Of a DNA stretch of 64,000 bases, positions 50,432-61,066 are shown one piece after another. The notes under the pieces were generated by a model. It was not told the DNA's origin. It was given only the letters and a program-made list of their open reading frames with translations, and made no database searches. Source of the stretch: Xylographa opegraphella (Eukaryota); the NCBI GenBank assembly GCA_022813865.1, contig JALDZX010000056.1:1-64000 (forward strand). The letters are read 5' to 3'. A program made the translations under genes and the position numbers. The stretch's first letter is position 1. Each line of letters begins with the position of its first letter.

Positions 50432-50993
50432 TCACGACATTTCCTAACACTCACCTGGAGGATATTTTGTACAGCATCTTTACGAAATTAACGACGATCG
50501 AGCCCTCAAGCCCCCACATGACTATCTCGACAGCTTTCCTAATTCAATATTTCTACACCAGATGCGACCAGCGCTCCGTTCGAGCATTTCCTTTGTACAT
50601 AGCTCTCACGGTATTCATTCGACGCATCAAGTAAAACGGATCCTTTGGGGGGAAAGGGGGCCGGATAGAAGGTGGTGCTTCACAGGCTTATTAGAGCTGA
50701 TATGTACTCCCACATAGTAATGGGGTCAGAAAGCACGCGAGTGCTAGCGCTGAACATGGCGAGCATTCTTTTCGACAGTGCCATGTTTGAGGGAGTGGTG
50801 AGTGGCGCTTGTGACGGCTGTTACCCATGAGGCTCCCTGGCGTGGGGGGCGAAGGTGCAGCGCAGTCGGTGTGGGTGTGGGCGTGTAGCTAGGTGCGACA
50901 GAAGCTCACCAGCTGTCAATTGTTTTGCTGTCCATATCGAATGCTACTGTGTGCCAACCATGTGATGTCCGCCATACTCTCGAGCAATCCCCC

Positions 50994-52007
50994 TCACCGC
51001 ACCAGCGCCCCCTTGAACTCCCGCTTTCCCCACCCCCCACCTTTCCACCCCTCTTGCGCCAGTCTCTCCCACTGCACCAACACGCGGTCGCACATTCCCC
51101 CGGCGACGAGGAGCCAGCCGCTCAGGCTTAGCCGCCGCACGCGCGCCCAGCTTTCGATGTAGATGCAGCGCATCGTCCCCGCTGTGCGGGGGAAGCCGAG
51201 GAAAGGGAGGAGGCACGATGGGACGAGGCGCAGGAGCACGGAGGCCAGGATGAGGATCGTGGCGGTCGCGGGCCCGTTGGTCAGGATGAGATGCGGGTAG
51301 GCGAGGGGAGTGGAGGAGGATAGCTGGAATCGAGGAGGGTATGAGCGTGCGGGAGCAGGGCGCGGTGAGGTTGACGGAGGTCGGGACGGGCTCCGCAGGA
51401 CCGCGACGCAGGCCCACAAGCACCGCAGCGCGTCCACCGGCGTCGTGAGGAGTGGCTGGTGGATCCGCCGCGCGCGCGGGACAAAGCAGATGTCGTAGCT
51501 GCCATAGCGTCCCCGCCGCGTCCCCTCCGGATCCGGGGCGTTGGGGTTGGCCATCGTGCATATCGCCTCCAGACCGGCCTCGAAGGCGACCGCTTTCTGC
51601 GCGCTGAAGTCGTCGCCCGAGCTGACCACGTAGCTGCGGTGCGTGTAAGACGAGGGGTCGAGGTCCCGCAGGAGGGAGAGCATCTCGGCCGTGTGCCCGC
51701 CGCTGCCAAGGACGATGAGCAAGCGGGTGGGCGTGCCGCGGCGACGGGGAGGCGGTCGGGGTGAGAGGGCCGGGAGAAAAAGAGCGAGGCGGATCTGAGT
51801 GGGGCGTGGGGGTCAGTATGGAGGCCGAAGTGTGGTTGGAGGGGGTGACGCAAAGAGGAAGAGAGGCCTTCGTATATACAGAAAAGGGTATTGACATGAT
51901 TATGGAAAGGGGATCTGAACACCTACAATGAAAAGTAAACCGGCAGAAATGAAAAGTAGCAGTAGAAGTGCGAAGTGGCTGCGAAAGAGTTGTACGGCGG
52001 TGGACAT
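50994..52007 (-). CDS. ALG14: UDP-GlcNAc transferase subunit (2 exons, intron 51795-51926)
   Basis: Exon 1 is a TM anchor MSTAVQLFRSHFALLLLLFISAGLLFI. Exon 2 has RLLIVLGSGGHTAEM, VPRARRIHQ, PHLILTNGPATA, IYIESWARVRRLSLSG and VLVQWE. Confidence 0.93.
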
Positions 52008-52501
52008 GGTCAAAGACGGTAGTGGAAGTCGTGGTTAGGAAATTTGACAAGAAAGACCGTACACTTCCGATGGAAAACCATCAGCATGTCTACCAACTAC
52101 AGGAACTATGACATTGGCAACTCTCCGGTTTCGTGAGAGGAATATTGGGTAGTGCAGTCCACGGTATGGTGTGATAGCTCTTGGAATGGTTGAAGTAAAA
52201 ATACAAGATTGAAAGCCTCAAGAAGGCCTTGGTGGAATAATAGAACATCGCGACTTATTCCCATGAACGAACCTGTTGGCGCCCTCCGATACTATACGAG
52301 AAGTTTCGATGCTCCGGACACGATTCGGCGAGCTTCTTCCATTGTGCGCTTCGAACCCATCCAGAAGTTCCCCTGACTACCTCGGAAGCCTAGCTAAAAG
52401 CTCAGGAAGTTCACGATGCACAGGCACAAGCGAATGACTTGGCGGATGTCCTCTCAATCATTATTTATCTCCGTTAAATCCACTCCAGTGAATGGGACGT
52501 A

Positions 52502-55039
52502 ATGGCATCACTGCTTCGACGAGGTCTCCGGTGCTTCTATTGTGGCAGCAGATCATCTCGGAAAGGCACGCCTGGCCTACAACAATGGCAATGTGAGGCA
52601 TGCGAGGCGGTCAACCACTTAGACGAGGTATGTTTACATCCCTCTCAGTCTTAAACTTCTGTGGTTATCCGACTCACAATATGATCATAGAATGGAGAAA
52701 TCGCAGATCCTCCGGCTGTAACTGATACGCCGAACATACGTTATGCCCGAACCATAGAGCGTCCAGTCTCGCCCTCCTTTCAACAATCAGACGGGTCGCT
52801 CTTCTGCAATACATGCGTGAAGAATCAACATATTCTTACGCAGGCACTCGCATCATACCTGCCGTCGCCGACCGATCCACAATACCCTGACTATGAGAAG
52901 CAATATCCAGAATACCGTAGAGGACTGGAAGAGAGATATCCTCAGGTATGCGACAACTGCAAGCCGCGAGTGCAGCAGAGGTTACAGGCCACAGGATACG
53001 CCGCCAAAACCGATCACCTTCGCCGGATGATGGATAAGTCCCGAGCCGTCAAAGGGAGCCAGTATAGATGGAGCTGGAGGCACGTCGTCGCTCACGCCGG
53101 AGGATCAGGATGGCTGCTTGCGCTGATAGGGCAAATTTTGTGGAACGCCTTGGGTGCTTCGGCAAACTTCGAAGGCGATTTACGAGACTACACTTTTCCA
53201 ATACTGCTGCAGAATTATCTACAACAGTCCTTTGGACCGGAGTGGAAAATACCAAAGATCTCCGATCTTACTGGATCTCTAGCATCAGGATCGCTGGTCC
53301 TGGGCATGCTATCTATATGGTGGAATCCAAGGCTATCAAATAAGATAAGTGGACAAGTGGGACGTTTGATAGGTCTAAGTGAATTCTATAAGCTTCAGGG
53401 AATCCTTAACTTGACGAGGCTGTTGGCTTGGTACAGTATCGGCAAAGACCAGGGCTTCCATCTCGATTCTTCGGCGACCAAGGCTGTTCATGCCATAATG
53501 CTCGTCTTTAATCTCATTGTCTCATTGATCTCATACCGGACCGTGCGGATTGACTCAACGGCCAAAGTCATATTTCAGGACAGTTCTCAATCTCTCCACT
53601 CTCGTCAAGCTGTTGAGAATCACGCGCCTCCAGTTAAACTTTCGAGTACACCGGCACTGGCAGCTCATAGCTCATTCAATCATCACGATTCCTCGGTCAC
53701 AAGCCAGTTTCCAATTCATCGCTTAGCTTCTCCTTCATCGCCAACATATACCTCATATCAGCCGCCAACGCCACCTCCAGAAGTTGATGTGGATGAAATG
53801 GACTGGACTCCGGCGAAGAGCACCTTCGAACCTTCAAGGCCGGCCAAAGTTTCGAAACTTATCCCTCCGGCCGCCGAGCCATCCCCTTTCCATGGCCGAC
53901 TACCCCTTCCTCCCATGAGTAAAGCACGATACTTGCGCAACCCTCCCAGTCAAGCTACATTCCGCAAAACTTCAGCAGTGCAGCAGCAAAGATTTCTTGG
54001 TAGTCTCATGAGTTCAGTTTCTGCCGAGATCTACAACAGTGATGAAACCGAAACCGAAGCCGAAGATCGTGACGATCTGGATATGAAGCGATTGACGCCC
54101 ACGGTCAACCGGATTAAGATGCACAGACCAAGTTTCTTCGCTCAAAGCGAACTTGAAGCTGATACAGGATTAGAGTCCCTTATCAACGGGGTTTTCTCTC
54201 TTGCAGACGATCCACCAGAGATCCGAGCCGAACGAGAAAAGCAGATTCATGAACAACAACGTCTACAGGAAGACCGTGATCTGCGCAATTCCGTGGCCGT
54301 GCGCGAACGATCTCCCTGGGAGCGTATAGCCAGTATAGTACTGCTGAGTCTCGCCTGTTTGTCATGGTCATATGCCGGGGCTGGAACTATAGGAGCTCAG
54401 GTCTTACGATATTTCGCCTTGGGTACTACGGCGGTGATTATCGGGCAAGCGCTTTTCGATGCCATCAACATCCACCAGGCTTTGTGGAAGGCAAGCGACA
54501 TTTTGGTCCTCGGGGTGGAGCTGGGTATTACGATTTTCCTTGGGAGGGCTGTGAAGTCGTCTGGCACAGGAGGCGACGAAGCCGCGGATGAATACGGGAG
54601 CGGGCCGATTTTGTTCTTGGGAGCGCTGTGGATGCAAGAGCTCATGTCCTTTATTCGGAAATGTAGAGCTTCCGTGTCTAGCGTTGCCTCTTCGATAGGG
54701 GACCCTTCACCTCCTGCCTCCAACAACAGCGAGCTGGATGCCAACTCACCGCCTTCACAACATCCTTCTGCGCCGGCTTCGCGGAATACAGTCGCAGGCG
54801 CATCTCCCCGCAGGACCGGCTCCCCAGCAGCGAGCGCCGACCCTCGGCCGTCAAGGACGAAGGCCAGACGCGTCGAACCGTCGGAGAATCTCCCTGGCCT
54901 GTCCCTCGGACCGAAGAAGAAGGCGAGCAACGCATCCACGGCCCCGAGGAACCCGGGCTGGAGTAGTAACCAAGGCGTCGTGACACGCAGCATGCGGTCG
55001 AGCAATGGCACGCCTGCGTGGGGACGAGGGACCCTTTGA
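52502..55039 (+). CDS. IMA1: Inner nuclear membrane protein Ima1 (2 exons, intron about 52628-52690)
   Basis: N-terminal Cys motifs LRCFYCG, WQCEACEAVNHLDE|NGEIADPP, LFCNTCVKNQ, LEERYPQVCDNC, then multiple TM helices. Confidence 0.9.
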
Positions 55040-56267
55040 GGGCGTGGTATGGCGTGGTGTGTGTGGCGTGTTGGGGAAGCTGTCGGGGGATGCGCCAATG
55101 GTAGTAGTGGTTGGATTTGGACACCAGGCACCCAGGACCTGCGTGGACGCAGATTCCGCCCGTCGAGGCTAGGCGTCGATATAGATGCCGTACTCTCGAC
55201 CCACACAGTCTGTACTTGTACCTTTGCGAATCCTACATGCAACGGGGGAGGGGATGGGGGGGATTCCTTGGGCACGTGAGCGGAAGCTCGGTGCTCCAGT
55301 CCGGAGCGGTGTCTTGCCTCTCGCAAAGCTCCATCTGGAGCACATTTCTGCTTTACGTGCGACCCATGGCTTGCATCCTCGACTGTCACCCAGCCATGTA
55401 CTACTATCCTAGCATTGGTATTTACGTTATTGTCACTGGATATCGGGCACCGGGGTGGTCCATCGAGTCGTACTCGGAGTCATGTCAGGGGAGAAGCCAG
55501 CCGTGCGACAGACACAGACACACATACGAAGCCAGCATCTCTCATGCAGCATACGCTTTCATTATCTCTAGCAATAGCGAACAACATCCAGCTCGCAGAA
55601 ACGCTCGAAAAAAACGAAGTGGGTATTCCGCATCCAAAGCCAGGGCAAGCAAAAGAAGCACAAAGCCGATCGATACAATAGATACAATCAATGATACAAT
55701 TCAATATACATCCATGTCCTCCTGCGCGCGTATGTGTACCCCCCGTGTTCCATCCGTAGTCCGTCCATGGCGCCCATGACATGATGACGTCCCGCTCCAG
55801 ACAAGCCGAGCTGTTGCCAAAGAATGCGTGCGTGGTGGGGCAGGTGCGTCATCTGGTGAGAGATGTCATGTCTGATGCTGCGCACAGCGGCGCCTGCGCT
55901 TCGTGTTCGTATTGCATGCCATCAGAGCTCGATGGAAAGGGGGCGGTTTGGAGAAAGAGGGAGAGGCGTCGAAATGATGGATGGGCCGGGAAGCGCCCAC
56001 AGTATCGTGGTTCAAGCTATGCCGGATGAGCTTCGAGGGGCTCAATTAATTCCCGGAATCTTGTTGTCCACCACTTGCCATCTCCTTAGGTGTGATAATA
56101 ATGGTAGGTGGATCCAGAGACGGGTCCATCGAGCGCTTTGCACGTTCGGCCCAGAGCGGAACGCGAATGCAGAACTTCCAGCACAGGGAATGCCGTCGGA
56201 GCTCAGAAATCCAGCTCATGGTGCGCAGTCCTCTCCCTCGTGGCAGCCTCTCTCACAGCAAGCCCTT

Positions 56268-58088
56268 TCACTGGCGGTCTCCCCACTCCCTTGCCCTCGA
56301 GTCTCGTCCCGACTCTTCGAAGCCGTGAGCCCCGATCGTCCAGCCCCGGCCGACAGGCATCAGATCATTCCGGTCAGTCGTCATGATCGGACTTTTCGCT
56401 TGTTTCGCCCGCTCGTACGGCACCGAGCACGCCAGCAGTTCCTTGCCTGCCTTCTTCTCCAATTTTTTCGACGGCTTGTCCATCAAGATCAGTCTGCCCC
56501 TCGGACCCGAGACCATCGAGCCGGAGGTCATCGGGTCACCGCTGGATGGGGGTCGGGATGAGGATGATGCAGGTCGGGATGAGGATGATGCGGGGCGCGA
56601 TGAGGACGATGCGGGGCGCGATGAGGACGATGGAGAGCGTGGTGTGGTCGAGGAGTGGGTCGTGTTTGAGGATGGAGTCTTACCGAACAAACTCGATTTG
56701 AGGCTGCTCAGGCGCTGAGTGATGGAGGAGGAGCGCGGGCGGGGTGCCGGGGCTGCGATTTCGGGAGGGGATCGGAAGTTGACGCGCCGGACACGGGCGA
56801 TCGGAGGAGGAGCGGCGTCGTCGGGGGAATAGCCGCGGATGGAACTTTGATCCGGAGCTGTGGCGAGATCGGCCGAGTTGAGGTCGGGAGGACTGGGGAT
56901 CGTGATGGGTGGCGCGGGTGTCAAACTGATGTGCCCGAGATTGGTTGCATCCTCGGGCAGTTTCCCTGCTTCCAGGTTGTCGGCCGCCCCCGGCATTTTC
57001 ATCGAGGCCAGACGCCTGATCAACTCCACATGTTTCATTGAGTCTAGACGTTTCATGGACTCTGTGGAAGTCGGGACGGAAACCGGAGAAGGCGAGCTGT
57101 CTTCGGACGACTCATCCGCAGAGCCAAAGTAAAGTTCCGAATCATCACCGTCCGATACCGCGAGTGACTGCGTCGATGTTGATGTGAGGGAGCGGGGACG
57201 AGCTGTTCCGCGGCCTTTGCCAGGGATGTTGGAGAGGTTGTAGGAGGCTGGTTCGAACGAGTTTGGAGACGTGCTGCTTGTGGTGTTCGTTGACACCGGC
57301 AGAGAAAGTCGATGTGAGGCCTTCAACGGTGCGGATCGAACATCGGTTTGTTGTGGCACCGAAAGGTCGTCAAGACAGGAAAAGTCCAGAGTCGGTTCAT
57401 CCGCCAAGACGAAGGACGACGCGGACGACATTTTTTCACTGATGTAAAGACGAGGTGAGCGGGTGCGACCGACGGCGGGTCGCGGTGCTGGGCGTCGAAG
57501 CGTTGGTGCAGGAGAGGTCGGTTCCCCAGTTGCCACGGGCGTCGGAGGAGGATCCTCGTGATGGATCACTACCCGTGGTATTGGCGGCGGAGGAGGATCC
57601 TCGTCATGGATGACTACCCGTGGTATTGGCGGCGAATGGACCGCACGCTCTGGGGAATAGATCTGGGTGATGACGGATGGAGCTGGGGCGGAGGTGGACG
57701 AGACGGACGTGAAGGATACAATGGTCCCATTATCAGAATTTTGGCGGTTGTGAGCGCGGGCGGGTCGCTCCTTGCTGATTGGTGAGGGTGTAGGATCTCG
57801 AGCGCGGAACGGAGGGGGCGGGCTGGGGTTGTCAGGAGGTGCGGGAGGTCGGTGCAGGGCGGCAGCGGCTGGCGGTGCGTTGTCGAGAGAGGAAGCTGCA
57901 GCCCTCTGAGGCTTCGCTGGAGTTTGAGGAGGTCCGAGAGATTGGTTGCGCGTGGAGGATTCGGAGGAGGTGGAGGAAGGAGGGTGGCGGGGATGATGGT
58001 CGGCTGGGCGTGGACGGTTGGCGGGATCAATCAGGCCCCGATTCTCGTAGTTGGCGACGACGAGAGCGTGCGAGTAACGATTCGGCAT
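56268..58088 (-). CDS. Hypothetical Ser/Pro-rich disordered protein with internal tandem repeats
   Basis: 606-codon ATG-initiated ORF whose internal repeats have codon-multiple periods (21 and 45 nt). No family recognised. Confidence 0.65.
   Translation of the reverse strand: MPNRYSHALVVANYENRGLIDPANRPRPADHHPRHPPSSTSSESSTRNQSLGPPQTPAKPQRAAASSLDNAPPAAAALHRPPAPPDNPSPPPPFRARDPTPSPISKERPARAHNRQNSDNGTIVSFTSVSSTSAPAPSVITQIYSPERAVHSPPIPRVVIHDEDPPPPPIPRVVIHHEDPPPTPVATGEPTSPAPTLRRPAPRPAVGRTRSPRLYISEKMSSASSFVLADEPTLDFSCLDDLSVPQQTDVRSAPLKASHRLSLPVSTNTTSSTSPNSFEPASYNLSNIPGKGRGTARPRSLTSTSTQSLAVSDGDDSELYFGSADESSEDSSPSPVSVPTSTESMKRLDSMKHVELIRRLASMKMPGAADNLEAGKLPEDATNLGHISLTPAPPITIPSPPDLNSADLATAPDQSSIRGYSPDDAAPPPIARVRRVNFRSPPEIAAPAPRPRSSSITQRLSSLKSSLFGKTPSSNTTHSSTTPRSPSSSSRPASSSSRPASSSSRPASSSSRPPSSGDPMTSGSMVSGPRGRLILMDKPSKKLEKKAGKELLACSVPYERAKQAKSPIMTTDRNDLMPVGRGWTIGAHGFEESGRDSRAREWGDRQ
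56551..56634 (-). repeat. 21-bp x4 coding tandem repeat (PASSSSR units)
   Basis: ggtcgggatgaggatgatgca / ggtcgggatgaggatgatgcg / gggcgcgatgaggacgatgcg / gggcgcgatgaggacgatgga. Confidence 0.9.
57544..57633 (-). repeat. 45-bp x2 coding duplication (PPIPRVVIH[D/H]EDPP)
   Basis: Two copies of ggaggaggatcctcgt(g/c)atggat(c/g)actacccgtggtattggcggc that differ at 2 positions. Confidence 0.9.
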
Positions 58089-59800
58089 CCTGACGAAAGC
58101 AGCGGTCGGACGTTCACCAGCGGTCTACCATGCCTACGTCGTTTTGGAGTCGCTGTCGACAGCATGAAATAATAATTAACACGGGACAGGTTTTCGCACG
58201 ACCGAGAACGAGTCGGACTAATAATACTCATCCTGGTGTCGGTTATTGACTTTTACCCTGGGGGTCGGGCCAGGCTCTAGACTGTTTGACACCACCTTAC
58301 CTTACCTACTTCGTACCACGTACTTGCTCTAAGGTAGTAGCTCCAAGTAAGGTACCGTACTCAGCTTGTCGAGGACCACGGATCGAGGACGTTTTCCACT
58401 CCGGGGGGATTCTGCGACACCCCAAAACCTGGCTTGTTTGCTGCGTGGCTGTGGCGGAGGGGGGAGTTGGCCCCGTGTCCCGTCACTTGCCACGGGACAG
58501 TTCATTCACGCACAGAGTAAGATACCGTAGACAGTAAGCTTTACTGTAGTAGTAGTGAGTGTGGTATGTTTTGTGCCGTCTGCGGTCTGTCCTGTCCCGA
58601 TTGAGTTTGCTTTTTGATAATCGAGCTCCAACGGGCGGGAATCGACGCTAGCCCGGACTGGGCTTAGATGGGGCGCGAGCATGATGCGGATGGCGGGATG
58701 CTGCAACGATGTGCAACGATGAAGGACAAAGGCCACACTACCAGACGGTGTAAGGTAAAAGTACGGTGTAGGGGGCTAAACTCAGGAAGGTTCCTACGTA
58801 GCCTACTACGTAGGTACCTACCTTATCTTATTACTCATCCGTCTCATCGAAGCAAGGACCGTCGCGGGAACATAAGGTAGGCTCACGACTCCAATCACTT
58901 ACATAATCAACCCTCGGCCCGGATGTGGCGAGTGGGAGGAAGGGCAACTTGTCATGGAACTTCATCGTCTACGATGTTTGTCCCGCGGCCCCGAGTCAGT
59001 GAGCATCGTTCGGGTAAACAAATGTCTGGTGGCCTATGAGTCGTGACACACTGAGGCACCCTTCCTCATCGTGCGTGGACGGACCTCCCTACCTTAAAGT
59101 ACCTTGCCTTGCGTAGAACCGCTTGCAGGCAGTCCATCAAAGCACCGTCGTGCTTCACATCCTTCAGGTAGCTGCCTACCTAAAGTACCTTACCTTAACC
59201 TACCTTACCTTCCTTGACCTGGTAGGCCGGCCATCTACCCCGCAGCCCGCTCGCGGAAATGTCCGAGCTAGAGTTGCCGGTGGCGGGCTTCCCACGCGAC
59301 GCCGTTGTGCGATCGGGAAGAAACGATGCACGCTGGGGGTGGAGGACGGCACGATGAGGGAAAGGGGGGGAGGGGGACGAGCATAAGGTTACTCCGTCAA
59401 GTCGGTCGAAACCGTGCCAATCCACTTGAAACTTTGCCATCACATACACAGGATCTGCCATGACTACGCGGATCGCAGTAGAATGCCTGGGTCGAACTGA
59501 TTGTTCATGCCACGTGGCCGATCCAAGCTCGCCGCCACCGCCGAGAGGAGAATGAACCCTCGCCGACGCCTGGGACCTGACCGGACCCAGAACCGCCGGG
59601 ATCGGGGTGCGAAGTGGACAAAAAAAGTAGAACTTTGTACAAGAATGATATGAAATGCCAGAATGTGCTGGGGCATCGACCGCGCCGTCCGGGTTGGCCC
59701 AGCGGTCCCGACACCACTCCCCTATGCACCCAAAAGTCATCCCGCCAATGCGTTCCCAAATGTATCCCCGTTCGCCCATGCTAATGATGCTGACACGCTC

Positions 59801-59828
59801 GCCCGCTGCCCGCTGCCCGCTGCCCGCT
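59801..59828. repeat. Heptamer tandem array (GCCCGCT) x4 downstream of the rgsA stop codon
   Basis: gcccgct gcccgct gcccgct gcccgct. Confidence 0.9.
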
Positions 59829-59968
59829 GAGGGGGTCGTTTCCTGCTCGTCGCTCGAGGCGCTCCCGTCAGGCACCCCCCCCCCCCGCCCTCCCCAGACC
59901 GGAGGACGAATGCGACCCAGAGGAGACCGAAGCCCCGAAATGCTAAATCAAAATGTCAGAGCCCCCGA

Positions 59969-61066
59969 TCATGAGTCCGCCGAGTCGTCGATCCGGCCCA
60001 TCCGGCTCGCCGACTTCTTCTTCGACCCCAGTCGTCCCATCAACGTCTTCCACGTGTTGTCGCTCCGGCTCCGCGGGCTGTGTCCGCCAATGTCGCTCGA
60101 GGGCGGCGTCGTCGGAGGCGTCATCGGTTCCTTATTGGGACTCGAGAAGCTGCCGGAGTCGTCCGTCAGCCCGAGGTCCCCACTGCCCGTCCAGCTGCTG
60201 CTGGCGTTGTTGGCCAATCGACCTCTTCCGAAGCTGTGCGGCAGGCTTGGCGTTTGCGACAAACGATTGAACAGAGGGCTGTTGTGCGAGATGTGAGAGC
60301 TATCGACGGCGGAGTGCAGTGAGGCCGACAGAGGTGGGGACCCTTTCCGTCGGGGCTGGGTTCGTGGGAAGGAATCGTCCATACTCATTCGCATCGAAAG
60401 ATTCTCTTCCGAATCGTTCCATGGCGATCCTAACGAAGACGCATCCCGGGTTGGGGAAAGCTCGTTGATGAACGGGATCAAGACCGAGTCGTCCATGAGC
60501 TCGTACGTCCGTTTGATAGCCGTGTTCAGCTCCTCGGGTGCCGGTGGGGACGTGTGGTTGGGTAAGGACAGAAGCCGATCCCGCACATCACTTGGGAGGT
60601 TGACCTCCCTGGGCGCATCCGGAACGATATATGCATCCATCAATTTTTGCCACAATCTCCTCACTTCATCACAGTCTTCCATGTCGGGAGTCATGGGCAT
60701 GCCGGCCATCTGCTCGGCCATTGCATCGTATTTGAGCCTGTAGCGTTCTGCGTCCGTCGTGAACTCAAGCGTCTCGAGACAGTGGTTTTGGGAAAGGTAG
60801 GCGGTGAACGCACCCAAGGTCCAAGGCGAGGGTGACGTATTGCTCAGGACGTCTCGCAGTGTGGGTATGCGAGGACAGTAAGGCCCGACGGCATTGAAGC
60901 TGCAGTTGGAGTCACTCGGAGGGCGTGATGACACGAGGTCTTCGGCGGACATGGTGTCCTCGTCGTCAGCGTCACAATCAGAAGAAACGGTCGAGGAACG
61001 AGGAGAGTAGTCTGGGGACGGGGTTGAGAGGTGTAATGTCGGAGAATTTGGCTTTCGAGGGAGCAT
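59969..61066 (-). CDS. rgsA: Regulator of G-protein signalling (RgsA/Rgs2-type), intronless, 365 aa from the first ATG
   Basis: RGS domain PTLRDVLSNTSPSPWTLGAFTAYLSQNHCLETLEF...YIVPDAPREVNLP...YELMDDSVLIPFIN and a Ser-rich tail with PMTPPTTPP. Confidence 0.88.
   Translation of the reverse strand: MLPRKPNSPTLHLSTPSPDYSPRSSTVSSDCDADDEDTMSAEDLVSSRPPSDSNCSFNAVGPYCPRIPTLRDVLSNTSPSPWTLGAFTAYLSQNHCLETLEFTTDAERYRLKYDAMAEQMAGMPMTPDMEDCDEVRRLWQKLMDAYIVPDAPREVNLPSDVRDRLLSLPNHTSPPAPEELNTAIKRTYELMDDSVLIPFINELSPTRDASSLGSPWNDSEENLSMRMSMDDSFPRTQPRRKGSPPLSASLHSAVDSSHISHNSPLFNRLSQTPSLPHSFGRGRLANNASSSWTGSGDLGLTDDSGSFSSPNKEPMTPPTTPPSSDIGGHSPRSRSDNTWKTLMGRLGSKKKSASRMGRIDDSADS

Noticed and set aside
50944..52050. 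Long alternative-frame ORFs over ALG14 (368 aa, 213 aa)
   Set aside because: Explained by stop-codon scarcity in very GC-rich DNA. The ALG14 frame accounts for the coding signal.
54397..56561. ORFs of 220-330 aa antisense to or downstream of IMA1
   Set aside because: GC-rich shadow frames with no motifs or coding-like composition.
59195..60296. ORFs of 213-226 aa near the rgsA 3' end
   Set aside because: Antisense or UTR frames running through simple repeats and a poly-C tract, with no protein features.
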